Positions 8,493-18,036 of a stretch of DNA of 20,000 bases are shown piece after piece. The position numbers and the translations under genes were made by a program. How positions within the stretch are numbered: position 1 is the first letter of the stretch; every line of letters starts with the position of its first letter. Origin of the DNA: an uncultured virus (IMG/VR IMGVR_UViG_3300027714_001912). Its lineage: Duplodnaviria > Heunggongvirae > Uroviricota > Caudoviricetes. The DNA is taken from IMG/VR virus record IMGVR_UViG_3300027714_001912. One strand, given 5' to 3'. The notes under the pieces were generated by a model, which worked only from the letters and a program-made list of their open reading frames with translations, had not been told where the DNA came from and searched no databases.

Positions 8493-9745
8493 TGTATAAC
8501 AACCCAATGTTAAATGATTCAAGATATCCAACGTGCTTGGCACCTTGGAATGCTCTTACGATCAAATGGGGTGGAGCAGTACTTCCTGATATTATATACA
8601 ATGGCAAGTTTGGAAACATTACAAGACAAACGCTACCAGAGATATTAAACAGTGACGAAGCAGTTGCATTACGTAAGTCGCATGCAAGTAGAATTATTCC
8701 ACCTGCGTGTTTAGCATGTACTAAGAAAGAGAAAAGTGGTAAGAGTCGTAGAATGTATTTCTGGGACAAACTAGATGTAGATGTTAAAAAGGGCAGTATT
8801 AAAAATACAGCTAACAGTAAGCCAGACATACGTTACTTAGATTTTACTATCAGTAATAAATGTAACCTAGCATGTATACATTGTAATCCATTTGTAAGTA
8901 CAGGCTGGACTAAAGATGGTAAAAAGTTAAATAAAGAAAAGCCGGACTATTGGGAACAATCACCTATTGGTTATCATGGCGTTGAAGATATGACGTTTTT
9001 GGATAACTTGTTTGCTGACCCTGAATACTTTCGTAACCTACAATGGGTTGCGTTAAGAGGAGGAGAGCCATTGTATGACGAGAGTTGTAAAGCAATCCTA
9101 CAATGGTTTATTGACCAAGGGCTAGCTAAGAACATTATGCTAGATATCAGTACAAATGCTACAGTGTTTGACAATGACTTCCAAGAGATATTTAAGCACT
9201 TTAAACACATTGAGCTACTTATTAGTATTGAAGCAGTAGACGAACTGTACAGCGTTGTACGTGGAGGTAAGACTACCTCATTTGAGCAACTAGAAGATAA
9301 CATTGAAAAGTTTTATACATACGATAACATTGAAGTTGTGTTTGCCGTTACAGTAATGATTACAAATATATTTGGATTAGATAAAGTATGGAATTGGTTT
9401 AAAGAAAAGCATATGCACAGAGCTAGTATTAGCATGAGCAATGTTGTAGTTAACCCAGCCTATCTTAATATTGCATATATGCCAGATGTACTAAAATGGA
9501 TTATGCATGACAAGTTACTACAGATACCAGATCAAAGTATTTGGCCTAAGGGTAGCTATCATTCAGATGAGATACATTATCAAACTGGTATCCATGCTAT
9601 ACGTGATGGATTGCAAGTTGAAGTAGATGAAGAACTACAAGAAAAGCAATGGAGTCATTTTGTTAAATATACTAAAGACCTTGATAGATTACGAGGCACA
9701 GATACATTTAAATTAATTAAGGAATTAGCTTTATACAATGAATAA
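8492..9745 (+). CDS. N-terminal twitch-domain radical SAM protein; rSAM-5
   Basis: CLAPW..GAVLPDI..ACLAC; core CNLACIHC, LRGGEP, STNAT, C-terminal LDRLRGTD. TAATG overlap with rSAM-4. Confidence 0.9.
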   Translation: MYNNPMLNDSRYPTCLAPWNALTIKWGGAVLPDIIYNGKFGNITRQTLPEILNSDEAVALRKSHASRIIPPACLACTKKEKSGKSRRMYFWDKLDVDVKKGSIKNTANSKPDIRYLDFTISNKCNLACIHCNPFVSTGWTKDGKKLNKEKPDYWEQSPIGYHGVEDMTFLDNLFADPEYFRNLQWVALRGGEPLYDESCKAILQWFIDQGLAKNIMLDISTNATVFDNDFQEIFKHFKHIELLISIEAVDELYSVVRGGKTTSFEQLEDNIEKFYTYDNIEVVFAVTVMITNIFGLDKVWNWFKEKHMHRASISMSNVVVNPAYLNIAYMPDVLKWIMHDKLLQIPDQSIWPKGSYHSDEIHYQTGIHAIRDGLQVEVDEELQEKQWSHFVKYTKDLDRLRGTDTFKLIKELALYNE

Positions 9746-10685
9746 AATACAATATGGCACAATGGATAAGCCATTATCAATTAATAATCCAGACTTTACA
9801 AAAACAGGAAACAGTGTATGGAATCAACAGTACATGGAATACCTGACAGAAAATTACTTTCCTAATATTGATCCTGCTACACTGCCACAAGAACAAGATA
9901 CATTCTTAGCAAACTATCCAAAATGGATTGCTAGTAGTAAGCTGAACAAGTTCAAAGGACTAGATGCATTTAAGCACAGGTTTGTTAGCTTAGGTGTAAC
10001 ACAGGCACTTGACTATTGGCACTATTGGTGTCAAGCTAATGGATATAACTTAAAAGTATATAGAGGTGAGTACCCGTACAATAGAGATGCACAAATTAAT
10101 AACCCAATGGAATGGGGAGATAGCATTGATGACATTCCACTACAAAAAGGTGACGCAGTAATAGTAAGTGTTCCGTTTAGTGGTACAGGTAAAAAACCAG
10201 AGCATTGGCAAAAACTAATTAATACATGCAACGACCTTGACATTCCAGTGTTTGTTGATTGTGCATGGTTTGGTACATGTTTTGGTATTGAAATAAACTT
10301 AAATGAAGAATGCATTAAGATGGTTGCATTTAGTACTACCAAAGGATTAAGTTGTGGAAACTGGCGCAGTGGAATTACTTTCAGTAGAGAAAATAAAGGA
10401 AGCCTGGCAGTACAAACAGAATGGTATCATGGGATACATCTTAACTTAGCTATTGCTAATAGTTTAATGAAGGAATTTAGTCCTGACACTATTGCAAAGA
10501 AATACAAAGAAGCACACGTAGCAGTATGTGAGCATTATGGGTTTGAAACAACAAATACAGTACACATTGGTATAGCACCCGCAGGCCCAGATTGGGATGC
10601 GTATCATAGAGATGGTACTTACAATAGAATTAATATTGCTAAAGCAATAAAGCGTTACAAAAACAAAGGCAACTTTTATGAGTGA
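9738..10685 (+). CDS. PLP-dependent enzyme, fold type I (aminotransferase/lyase-like)
   Basis: GVTQA phosphate-binding segment, VFVDCAW (pyridine-binding Asp, DxA), FSTTKGL (Schiff-base Lys), WRSG, and a C-terminal Arg in YNRINI. Confidence 0.75.
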   Translation: MNKIQYGTMDKPLSINNPDFTKTGNSVWNQQYMEYLTENYFPNIDPATLPQEQDTFLANYPKWIASSKLNKFKGLDAFKHRFVSLGVTQALDYWHYWCQANGYNLKVYRGEYPYNRDAQINNPMEWGDSIDDIPLQKGDAVIVSVPFSGTGKKPEHWQKLINTCNDLDIPVFVDCAWFGTCFGIEINLNEECIKMVAFSTTKGLSCGNWRSGITFSRENKGSLAVQTEWYHGIHLNLAIANSLMKEFSPDTIAKKYKEAHVAVCEHYGFETTNTVHIGIAPAGPDWDAYHRDGTYNRINIAKAIKRYKNKGNFYE

Positions 10686-11130
10686 TAAACCTATTAATAT
10701 TACTACATCTAGATCTAATGATTTTCCGATAAGAGCTAATTATATGTTTGACAACATTGGCCCAGGAAATTGTGAAGATATTATTTGGCAAAATGTAGTA
10801 GATACAGTAGGCGAAATTGAACAGAATGAAATTGGTGTAGGTGTAACTCAAAGTTATCAGTACACAAAATTACATGACAAACCAATTATTTTAACAAAAT
10901 GGCAAGGTATGAAAACAGCTAATGGACCCGAGTTTAGAATTGGATTAGGAAAAGGCATACCAGGTAGTAAACAAACTCCACCTATAATGTCTGGAAACTT
11001 TAAAACGGGTGTTCAAGTTAATAGTACACTATCAATACAATCAGTTAAACTAGGCAGTAGACAAGGTAAGTTTTGTATTCAAACAGATGGTAAATGGTAT
11101 GCTATTCAAATAGGAGATCAAGTTGAATAA
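10678..11130 (+). CDS. Hypothetical protein (150 aa)
   Basis: Overlaps both neighbours in the same coupled pattern; no recognisable motif. Confidence 0.75.
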   Translation: MSDKPINITTSRSNDFPIRANYMFDNIGPGNCEDIIWQNVVDTVGEIEQNEIGVGVTQSYQYTKLHDKPIILTKWQGMKTANGPEFRIGLGKGIPGSKQTPPIMSGNFKTGVQVNSTLSIQSVKLGSRQGKFCIQTDGKWYAIQIGDQVE

Positions 11131-12256
11131 ACTACCTGACAATGCATGTGCATATCCTTTTAAGGCAAGTATGTTGATGCATGGTCAACCGGCAACACCT
11201 TGTTGCAGATTTCATACTAGGTTTCTTAAAGGCAATGGGTTTACTGAAATACGTGAAACAATGATGCGTAATGAATGGCATCCAGGATGTTACAAATGTA
11301 AGTCAGATGAAGAAGTTAAAGGTAGCAGTATGAGAACTGAAGCTGACGAATTCTTTGATGACTTTGATGACGTAGTACGTTTAGAGTACTTAGAAATAAC
11401 TGTAGGCAGACTTTGTAATTTAGCATGTCTAAGTTGTGGTAGTGATTTTAGTACTACATGGGATAAAGATGAACTTGCATTAGGCATTAGTTCACCAGAG
11501 AAGATTAGCAAATTAAAAGAAGTACAGGAATACGATTTAGATAACATGGACCTAGATAATTTAAAACATATTAAGTTTATAAAAGTAACTGGTGGAGAAC
11601 CGTTCTTGCATAAGCAGTTTTTAAATTTACTAACTAGACTAGCAGACAGTGGATTAGCTAAACAAATAGACATAGAAATATTTACAAATTGTACATACTA
11701 TCCAGAGAAGAAGCTAGAGCTTGATAGCTTACTAGCGTTCAAACTAATACACATAAGTCCTAGTATTGATGGATATGGAACTACAAACGACCTCTTAAGA
11801 TACCCTTCTAAGTGGAATAAAATTGAGGCAACACTTGACAAGTGGATAGAGCTAAAAGTAGCTACAGGACGCTTACACATAGCCACAGCCACCACTGTAA
11901 GCGTTATTAACGCCCCACAGCTACATGAGTTCATACATTGGGCGAGAATACATAAAGGAATAGATGTCGTGTTACAGACGGTATTTGAGCCACATTATTT
12001 AAGCGTAGAGCATTGGCCAAATTGGTTCAAGCGTACACTAAAGTTAACAATTGATCAACAGTACACAGGCTTTAATAAGAACGCAGGTAAGTTTAAAGCT
12101 AGTCATAAACTATTAAAACAGTTATGTGAAACAAATACTACAACAGATAAGAGTGTACAATACGTAATAGAATTAAAGAAGATGCTGTCACATAGAGGGC
12201 AAGATATTAACATGGCACCTAAGTTTGCTAAGATATTGGAGTATCATGAAAGATAA
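11123..12256 (+). CDS. N-terminal twitch-domain radical SAM protein; rSAM-6
   Basis: TTG start 6 nt after AGGAG (11112-11116). CAYPF..TPCC..GCYKC; core CNLACLSC, TGGEP, FTN, SIDG..NDLLRYPSKW. Confidence 0.9.
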   Translation: MNKLPDNACAYPFKASMLMHGQPATPCCRFHTRFLKGNGFTEIRETMMRNEWHPGCYKCKSDEEVKGSSMRTEADEFFDDFDDVVRLEYLEITVGRLCNLACLSCGSDFSTTWDKDELALGISSPEKISKLKEVQEYDLDNMDLDNLKHIKFIKVTGGEPFLHKQFLNLLTRLADSGLAKQIDIEIFTNCTYYPEKKLELDSLLAFKLIHISPSIDGYGTTNDLLRYPSKWNKIEATLDKWIELKVATGRLHIATATTVSVINAPQLHEFIHWARIHKGIDVVLQTVFEPHYLSVEHWPNWFKRTLKLTIDQQYTGFNKNAGKFKASHKLLKQLCETNTTTDKSVQYVIELKKMLSHRGQDINMAPKFAKILEYHER

Positions 12257-13481
12257 TAAAGAATTAAAAAAGAGTGAGACATTCTGTATGTTACCATTTA
12301 TGCATATATATGGAACAGCAGGTGGCGACTTAGTGCCGTGCTGTGAAGCACAGGAAACTCCATTAAACAACCCAGGCGAGACAGCTCTAGAAAGTTGGAA
12401 CAACGACAACTACAAAGAACTAAGACGTGCTTTATCAAATGACGAAAGACCAGATCGCTGTGAAGTGTGCTGGCACAATGAGGACAGTGGAGTAGTAAGC
12501 AATCGCAAGCAATGGGAAGACGACAATTGGGAAACGTTTTCTAATGAGATAGAAGTTAATGACGATTGGAGTGTTAACAATTCACCTAAGTGGGTGGAAC
12601 TAAAAGTAAGTAATTTTTGCAACCTAAAATGTATTATGTGCAGTACGCATAGTAGTTACAAGCGTGTTAAAGACTTAGACATTATAAGCAAGTACACAGC
12701 AGATGGATATGAAACTAGACTTTTACGCCCAACTACTTTATTTGCAAGTTTAAATGAATGGCCCGAGTTATGGGAAAATGTTCATACACTACAATTTACA
12801 GGTGGAGAACCAATTATTAACCAAGAGCATTATGACTTGCTTGAAGGGATACCTAAAGACATACGAAAGAATATAAAGTTACGTTACGCTACAAACCTAA
12901 GCATGATTAAGTTTAAGAAATATGACTTAGTAGAAATATGGAACGAGTTTGCCGCTGTAAATATTAAAGTAAGCATGGACGGCATCGAAGACGTGTACAA
13001 TTATATTAGACAAGATGGTGATTGGGATACAGTATATGCTAACATGCTAGTACTGAGCAGTGAACCTACAATTAATTTAGCAGTAGGCATTACAGTACAA
13101 TCACATAACGTATTTCATATGCCAGAGTTTTATGACTTCTGGGCAGACAATATAGTTAAGCTAGATTTTATTACAGCTAACGTATTACACACACCTAAGT
13201 ATTTAAGTCCAGCACTTTGGCCTGCTAACGTTAGGAAGCCTATAGTTGATAAGTTAAAAGAAGCATTGCCCAGACACCCAGAAATGAGAAAGTTTATTAC
13301 TTACATGTTAAGAAATAAACCAAATGCATTGAACTATTCAAAGATGCGTAAGTATACCAGAGATTTAGAAGCACGATATCCTAAAGAAATTACATTAAAA
13401 AGTATGCTTAAAAAGTATCTTAAAATAAAACTAGAAGGCATGGACATAGTTGATGAGAGGTTGAAGAATGAAAAAAGGTGA
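12246..13481 (+). CDS. N-terminal twitch-domain radical SAM protein; rSAM-7
   Basis: Start taken at ATG 12246 (MKDNKE). FCMLPF..LVPCC..RCEVC; core CNLKCIMC, TGGEP, YATN, SMDG..YNYIR. Confidence 0.9.
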   Translation: MKDNKELKKSETFCMLPFMHIYGTAGGDLVPCCEAQETPLNNPGETALESWNNDNYKELRRALSNDERPDRCEVCWHNEDSGVVSNRKQWEDDNWETFSNEIEVNDDWSVNNSPKWVELKVSNFCNLKCIMCSTHSSYKRVKDLDIISKYTADGYETRLLRPTTLFASLNEWPELWENVHTLQFTGGEPIINQEHYDLLEGIPKDIRKNIKLRYATNLSMIKFKKYDLVEIWNEFAAVNIKVSMDGIEDVYNYIRQDGDWDTVYANMLVLSSEPTINLAVGITVQSHNVFHMPEFYDFWADNIVKLDFITANVLHTPKYLSPALWPANVRKPIVDKLKEALPRHPEMRKFITYMLRNKPNALNYSKMRKYTRDLEARYPKEITLKSMLKKYLKIKLEGMDIVDERLKNEKR

Positions 13482-14754
13482 AAAGGATTGGGACTATCAA
13501 TTTGTAAGTGATTGCGAAATTGTGAATGTCTTTATTCCTAAGAATACTCACCTATCAGGTCACGAAGAATTAAAACAAAAGCTATTGTTATTACAGCAAG
13601 TTGAGTGTGATAATCACTTGACATCAAGCATAGTTAACCTGTATAATACAAGTAGTATTGAGTGGATTGAACACGTTAGAAAAATGGGACACAAGTATGT
13701 TGCATTTTGGTTTGATGGCTGCTGGCCTAAATCAGATGGCATTGAAAAGAAAATACTAACATACATTAATAGACTTGAGAAGAAAGATTGGGTAACCGCA
13801 GTGCATCCAAAGTACTTGGATAGTTTAATGTTATTGAACATTGACGAGTTTATTGCTTGGCCTGCTAAAGCACCTAACTTTGGAACATACGCATTTTGGG
13901 CAGAGAATTGGATTAGTGATTGTACTGTAGAGTTAAGCAAAACTATAGAAAGAAACATTGTAGTTGGTGCTCCACAATCAGACCCACAGAACTTTTTAAA
14001 TGGATTAATGGATAAGAAGTATACAGACCACACAATATCCAGAGGCGCTAGAGTTATTATTAAACGTAAGAATATACCTAGCAGTCCTATATACTTTGTT
14101 AACACAGAACGCAGTAGCCCAACAGTAGCAGATGCAATAAAACACACAGTATTCAAGCAGTATGTAGGCGCAGTGGCTGGTTTTAAGCTTCTATACTACG
14201 CTTACACGTACGGTATTGATATAGACAGCACTAAGTTCGTCTGGTATGATTTCGACGCAAACAGCGTACAATTTAAGCGTGACACTATTAAAAATTGGGA
14301 TGGAAATGACTATCCTACATGGGTTAAGGAATGGGTACACGCACATCCAGAAGCAAATGCAGAATTACTAAAACACGTTGATAAAGAATGGTTAAATATA
14401 GTAAAGCAATTCGGCGGAAAGCAACAGTGGTTAGACTTCTGGGTTCAAGTACAGATGTGTGAACATGAGTTTCTTACTGTTGACTTAGTTAATAATCACA
14501 AGGAAATAACAGACAGATTAGTTAATGGTGCAAGTACATTCTTTTGGAGCAGTAACATATACAGCTATGTATTGCTAAAAGTAATAAGCAAACCATTTAC
14601 ATTAGAACGCAGTTTTGCAGAGTTAATCACAAGGCTACAACAAATAGAAACATGTTGGTTCTCAGGCACTGATCCCAATGACAACGATTTAACATGTGAT
14701 GTTAAATGGATTCTAGGATACAGTACTAATGACAGCATAGGAACAGGAATATGA
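13468..14754 (+). CDS. Hypothetical protein, paralogue of 14751..16133; possibly a two-domain transferase
   Basis: 428-aa ORF with a GAGAGG RBS. Shares ordered motifs with the next gene (YFVNTE, WYDF, WDGNDY, HEFLTVDL, SNIYSY). Confidence 0.85.
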   Translation: MKKGEKDWDYQFVSDCEIVNVFIPKNTHLSGHEELKQKLLLLQQVECDNHLTSSIVNLYNTSSIEWIEHVRKMGHKYVAFWFDGCWPKSDGIEKKILTYINRLEKKDWVTAVHPKYLDSLMLLNIDEFIAWPAKAPNFGTYAFWAENWISDCTVELSKTIERNIVVGAPQSDPQNFLNGLMDKKYTDHTISRGARVIIKRKNIPSSPIYFVNTERSSPTVADAIKHTVFKQYVGAVAGFKLLYYAYTYGIDIDSTKFVWYDFDANSVQFKRDTIKNWDGNDYPTWVKEWVHAHPEANAELLKHVDKEWLNIVKQFGGKQQWLDFWVQVQMCEHEFLTVDLVNNHKEITDRLVNGASTFFWSSNIYSYVLLKVISKPFTLERSFAELITRLQQIETCWFSGTDPNDNDLTCDVKWILGYSTNDSIGTGI

Positions 14755-16133
14755 AATTAAACGTAAGAGACAATAAAGAGATATGCCACATAACACTAGA
14801 TGAGCTTGTATGCCCAGAACTAGATAGTGCATCTAATGATTACATATCAGTACTAAAGCATGTTACAAATATTAGTATTGTTAACACTGGAAATTCGTCA
14901 TACATAATTAATGCAAAGCAAGAGCATCTAAATGATATATTTGCAGATTTAAAATCATTTGGATACAGGCTAGCAGTACTATGGGCAGAAGGAAATATGA
15001 TTGATGAAGATTTAGATGCTGATTTAATTACGTGTGCAAATGAATGGGACGACAGTGAATGGGCAACAGCAGGTCATATACTTGATAGAAAGAATAACAT
15101 GTATCCTACGTTTCATAATCAATGTGTAGTAATTAATTTAAAGACTGCAACGTACCTTAATCCAAAAGGCATAGTAAATGACTATGTAGCATCAAGTGAA
15201 CATATGCATGATGACTACACTCCAACCTGGATTAAAGGAGTATCAGATAGAATACCAAACAGCAGTGTAGAAAGCTATAATGTGTTTGACATGCTAATGA
15301 GAATGTCAATTAATAACGAACAGCTAATATACAACTTGCCATTTAATGTACGAAAGAAAAAGATATGTGTGTACCCTGAAGATGATATACAATGGGCACA
15401 AGAAGCTATCTTTGAAGATTACAGTAAGTTAACTGAACAACAAGCAATGGCTAAAATTTACGACATTCGAGATAACTATCCAGATAAGAAACCTTTGTTT
15501 GATTTTAAGGTAATGGAGCATGCAGTTGTATACATAACTAATACAGAAGATGTACCACCGAGAAAGGACAGCCAAATAAACGTAGGTGTGTTTCCATGTA
15601 GTGGAATACATCAATTTAAGCATATTGCAAATAACATTAATACAATGGAAAAAGTAATATGGGCAGACTTTAGTACATACGCAATTAATTGGATGACAAT
15701 AGTTGTAAATGAATGGAACGGTCAAGACTTTACTAAGTTCTACAAGGACAACATACACAGAATTAATTTTGCTGGCAATGCAGAATTTGACGAAGATTTA
15801 GTAGTACAGTTTTACGAAAGTTTTGCTGACAATGAATGGCTTGCAGTGTGGCATAAAATACAAAGTTTAGATCACGTGTTTCTAAAAGTCAATCTAATAG
15901 AACAATACGATATGGTGTTACACCATATACCAAAGAATAAGAACGTATTACTGCAATGTAGTAACATATGGTTATACGAAGAAAATTACATTAACCGTGG
16001 ATTCAAAGCCACCCACGCAGTACTTGATTATATTAAGCTAGCGTTAGATAAGTCCAACAAAGTTATATTTGTGGGCGATGCTAATGGTACGTTTTATGAT
16101 TTAACAAACATAGGGAGAAACAAATGGATATAG
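14751..16133 (+). CDS. Hypothetical protein, paralogue of 13468..14754; possibly a two-domain transferase
   Basis: 460-aa ORF with ATGA overlap. Motifs GHILD, HNQCVVINL, HDDYTPTW, YITNTE, PCSG, WADFS, WNGQDF, HVFLKVNL, SNIWLY. Confidence 0.85.
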   Translation: MKLNVRDNKEICHITLDELVCPELDSASNDYISVLKHVTNISIVNTGNSSYIINAKQEHLNDIFADLKSFGYRLAVLWAEGNMIDEDLDADLITCANEWDDSEWATAGHILDRKNNMYPTFHNQCVVINLKTATYLNPKGIVNDYVASSEHMHDDYTPTWIKGVSDRIPNSSVESYNVFDMLMRMSINNEQLIYNLPFNVRKKKICVYPEDDIQWAQEAIFEDYSKLTEQQAMAKIYDIRDNYPDKKPLFDFKVMEHAVVYITNTEDVPPRKDSQINVGVFPCSGIHQFKHIANNINTMEKVIWADFSTYAINWMTIVVNEWNGQDFTKFYKDNIHRINFAGNAEFDEDLVVQFYESFADNEWLAVWHKIQSLDHVFLKVNLIEQYDMVLHHIPKNKNVLLQCSNIWLYEENYINRGFKATHAVLDYIKLALDKSNKVIFVGDANGTFYDLTNIGRNKWI

Positions 16134-16981
16134 TACCAATGCCAGAAGCAAAGTCAATTGAGGAAATTGAACAAGAACAACATCATCAAGAGTTCATTGA
16201 TAAACGTAAGATACTTGAATACAAACATCATTTGTATCCTGAAGTAAACAAGCGTTGTAAAGACTTTATACAAAAATGGGGCGACAGTACAAAAGAACCT
16301 ACTCGAGCAGATACAGAGCATGCACAAGGTCGCTTAGAAGAAGATTTTGAAGATGCCAATACAATTATTGATAATACTAGGCTACCTTGGGTACCAGTAA
16401 ACATTTCAGTACCATGGAAGGACATTTGGTTAGAAGCTAGGCACTTGTTATACACCGAGTGCTTTACACCACACAGAACTGACGGCAGTGCAGGTTGGCT
16501 TAGTTTATGTATACATGGCATGTCGTCTGTGCATACAAACTGTGCAGAAGATTATAACTTGCCAGACGAAGCAGAAGAAGAATTAAGCGAATGGACAGAC
16601 ATAGCAAAGTTCTGCCCAATTACAGTTGAGTGGATGAAAGATGCAATGTTGTATGAGCAGTTTACTCGTGTAAGATTTATGTGTGTATTACCGGGTGGCT
16701 GGATTGAGCCTCACCGAGACACAGACAAAGTAGCTGGATTAGGTGCAACTAATGTTGCTATCAACAATCCAGATGGATGTAGACTAATTATGGAACAATA
16801 TGGCGAGCTACCATTTACACCTGGATCTGTTTTTAAAATAAATACTGGATATAATCATATGGTATATAATGATAGTAACGAGCCACGTTTTCATATGATA
16901 TTTGACGGTCGACCAGATGACACGTTTAAAAGGAAAGTAAACACTCAATATAATTGGATGTTCGACAAAAAGAAGAAATAA
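16124..16981 (+). CDS. Aspartyl/asparaginyl beta-hydroxylase-like 2OG-Fe(II) oxygenase
   Basis: RVRFMCVLPGGWIEPHRD (HxD) and INTGYNHMVYNDSNEPRFHMI (distal His and 2OG-binding Arg). GGAG RBS 6 nt before the ATG. Confidence 0.85.
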   Translation: MDIVPMPEAKSIEEIEQEQHHQEFIDKRKILEYKHHLYPEVNKRCKDFIQKWGDSTKEPTRADTEHAQGRLEEDFEDANTIIDNTRLPWVPVNISVPWKDIWLEARHLLYTECFTPHRTDGSAGWLSLCIHGMSSVHTNCAEDYNLPDEAEEELSEWTDIAKFCPITVEWMKDAMLYEQFTRVRFMCVLPGGWIEPHRDTDKVAGLGATNVAINNPDGCRLIMEQYGELPFTPGSVFKINTGYNHMVYNDSNEPRFHMIFDGRPDDTFKRKVNTQYNWMFDKKKK

Positions 16982-16983
16982 TT

Positions 16984-18036
16984 ATGCCAAAGTGTTTAAT
17001 GTTTAAAAATGGTGTTACAATAGGACCGATCGGAAACGTTCGTCCTTGTTGTATGTACATGAATGACGACATTGAACAACGTTATAATGAAGATGGGTGG
17101 CGAGAAAAGTTTGACGAACTATACGAACAAAGTCTAACTAAATGGCTGCCTAACTGTTATGAATGTAAAGCAGAAGAAGACCGAGGTGGCAACAGTCTAC
17201 GCATGGATGCTAACAAATGGTTTGACGGTAAAGAAGGAATTCAATATTGGGATTTAAAATTGCACAACACATGTAATCTTACGTGTGTAATGTGTAATCC
17301 AATAAGCAGTAGCAAATGGCAGAAGCTAGTAAATGAGAATCCTGAAGAAGATTTCTTACGTGTTGTTAAAAGCGAAGCAAAGATTAAAACAGGGTGGCAT
17401 AAAGATATACTTCCATTAATGATGGAACAGCTATATGACACTAAGTATTTAAAGTTTACAGGCGGAGAGCCTTTCTTAATACCACATGTAAGAAAGATTA
17501 TTAAACGTTTGTATGAAGAAGAAGTATCACCAGCAGTACGACTAAGTATTATTACAAACGGCACAGTTCCAATTGATGCTGAAATGCTTAAAATGTTACT
17601 AACGTTTAAAGACGTAGTATTCCTAGTAAGCATAGATGGAATAGAAGAACGCTTTGAGTATATAAGACAAGGCGCTAACTGGAAAGAAGTAGAACAGAAC
17701 CTAAAGACATTTAAGGAAATTGAGGTGAATAATAACAACTTCCACCTCAACATAAATTACTTGCCTATGTCAATAAATGCCGCACAAAACGAATCAGCAA
17801 CAGAATGGGCTAAGAAGTTAAAAATTAACCTTAGTAAGAGTGTTGAAATATATAGGCCAAAGTATTTGACATATGCCAGTTTAAGTGTTAAACTAAGGGA
17901 TAGATATAATATAACCTCAGTACATGAGTATGACGAGGAGCAATATAACCAATTATTAAAACATATGGCTATAAAAGATAAGTTACTAGGCACCGACTTT
18001 AAGAGTGCTTGCCCGGAGTTCTTTGAAGATGAGTAA
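16984..18036 (+). CDS. N-terminal twitch-domain radical SAM protein; rSAM-8
   Basis: Start taken at ATG 16984 (MPKC), just after the preceding stop. KC..GNVRPCC..NCYEC; core CNLTCVMC, TGGEP, ITNGT, SIDG..FEYIR. Confidence 0.9.
   Translation: MPKCLMFKNGVTIGPIGNVRPCCMYMNDDIEQRYNEDGWREKFDELYEQSLTKWLPNCYECKAEEDRGGNSLRMDANKWFDGKEGIQYWDLKLHNTCNLTCVMCNPISSSKWQKLVNENPEEDFLRVVKSEAKIKTGWHKDILPLMMEQLYDTKYLKFTGGEPFLIPHVRKIIKRLYEEEVSPAVRLSIITNGTVPIDAEMLKMLLTFKDVVFLVSIDGIEERFEYIRQGANWKEVEQNLKTFKEIEVNNNNFHLNINYLPMSINAAQNESATEWAKKLKINLSKSVEIYRPKYLTYASLSVKLRDRYNITSVHEYDEEQYNQLLKHMAIKDKLLGTDFKSACPEFFEDE

Noticed and set aside
1978..16844. Additional late-promoter-like octamers CATAAATA (1978-1985) and AATAAATA (16837-16844)
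   Set aside because: Inside coding sequence and not next to a start codon; expected by chance in AT-rich DNA.
2358..18028. Longer upstream starts given by the ORF track (2358, 12225, 16954, 18005)
   Set aside because: They create longer overlaps with the previous gene. The downstream ATGs (2400, 12246, 16984, 18029) fit the coupling pattern and the N-termini of the paralogues.
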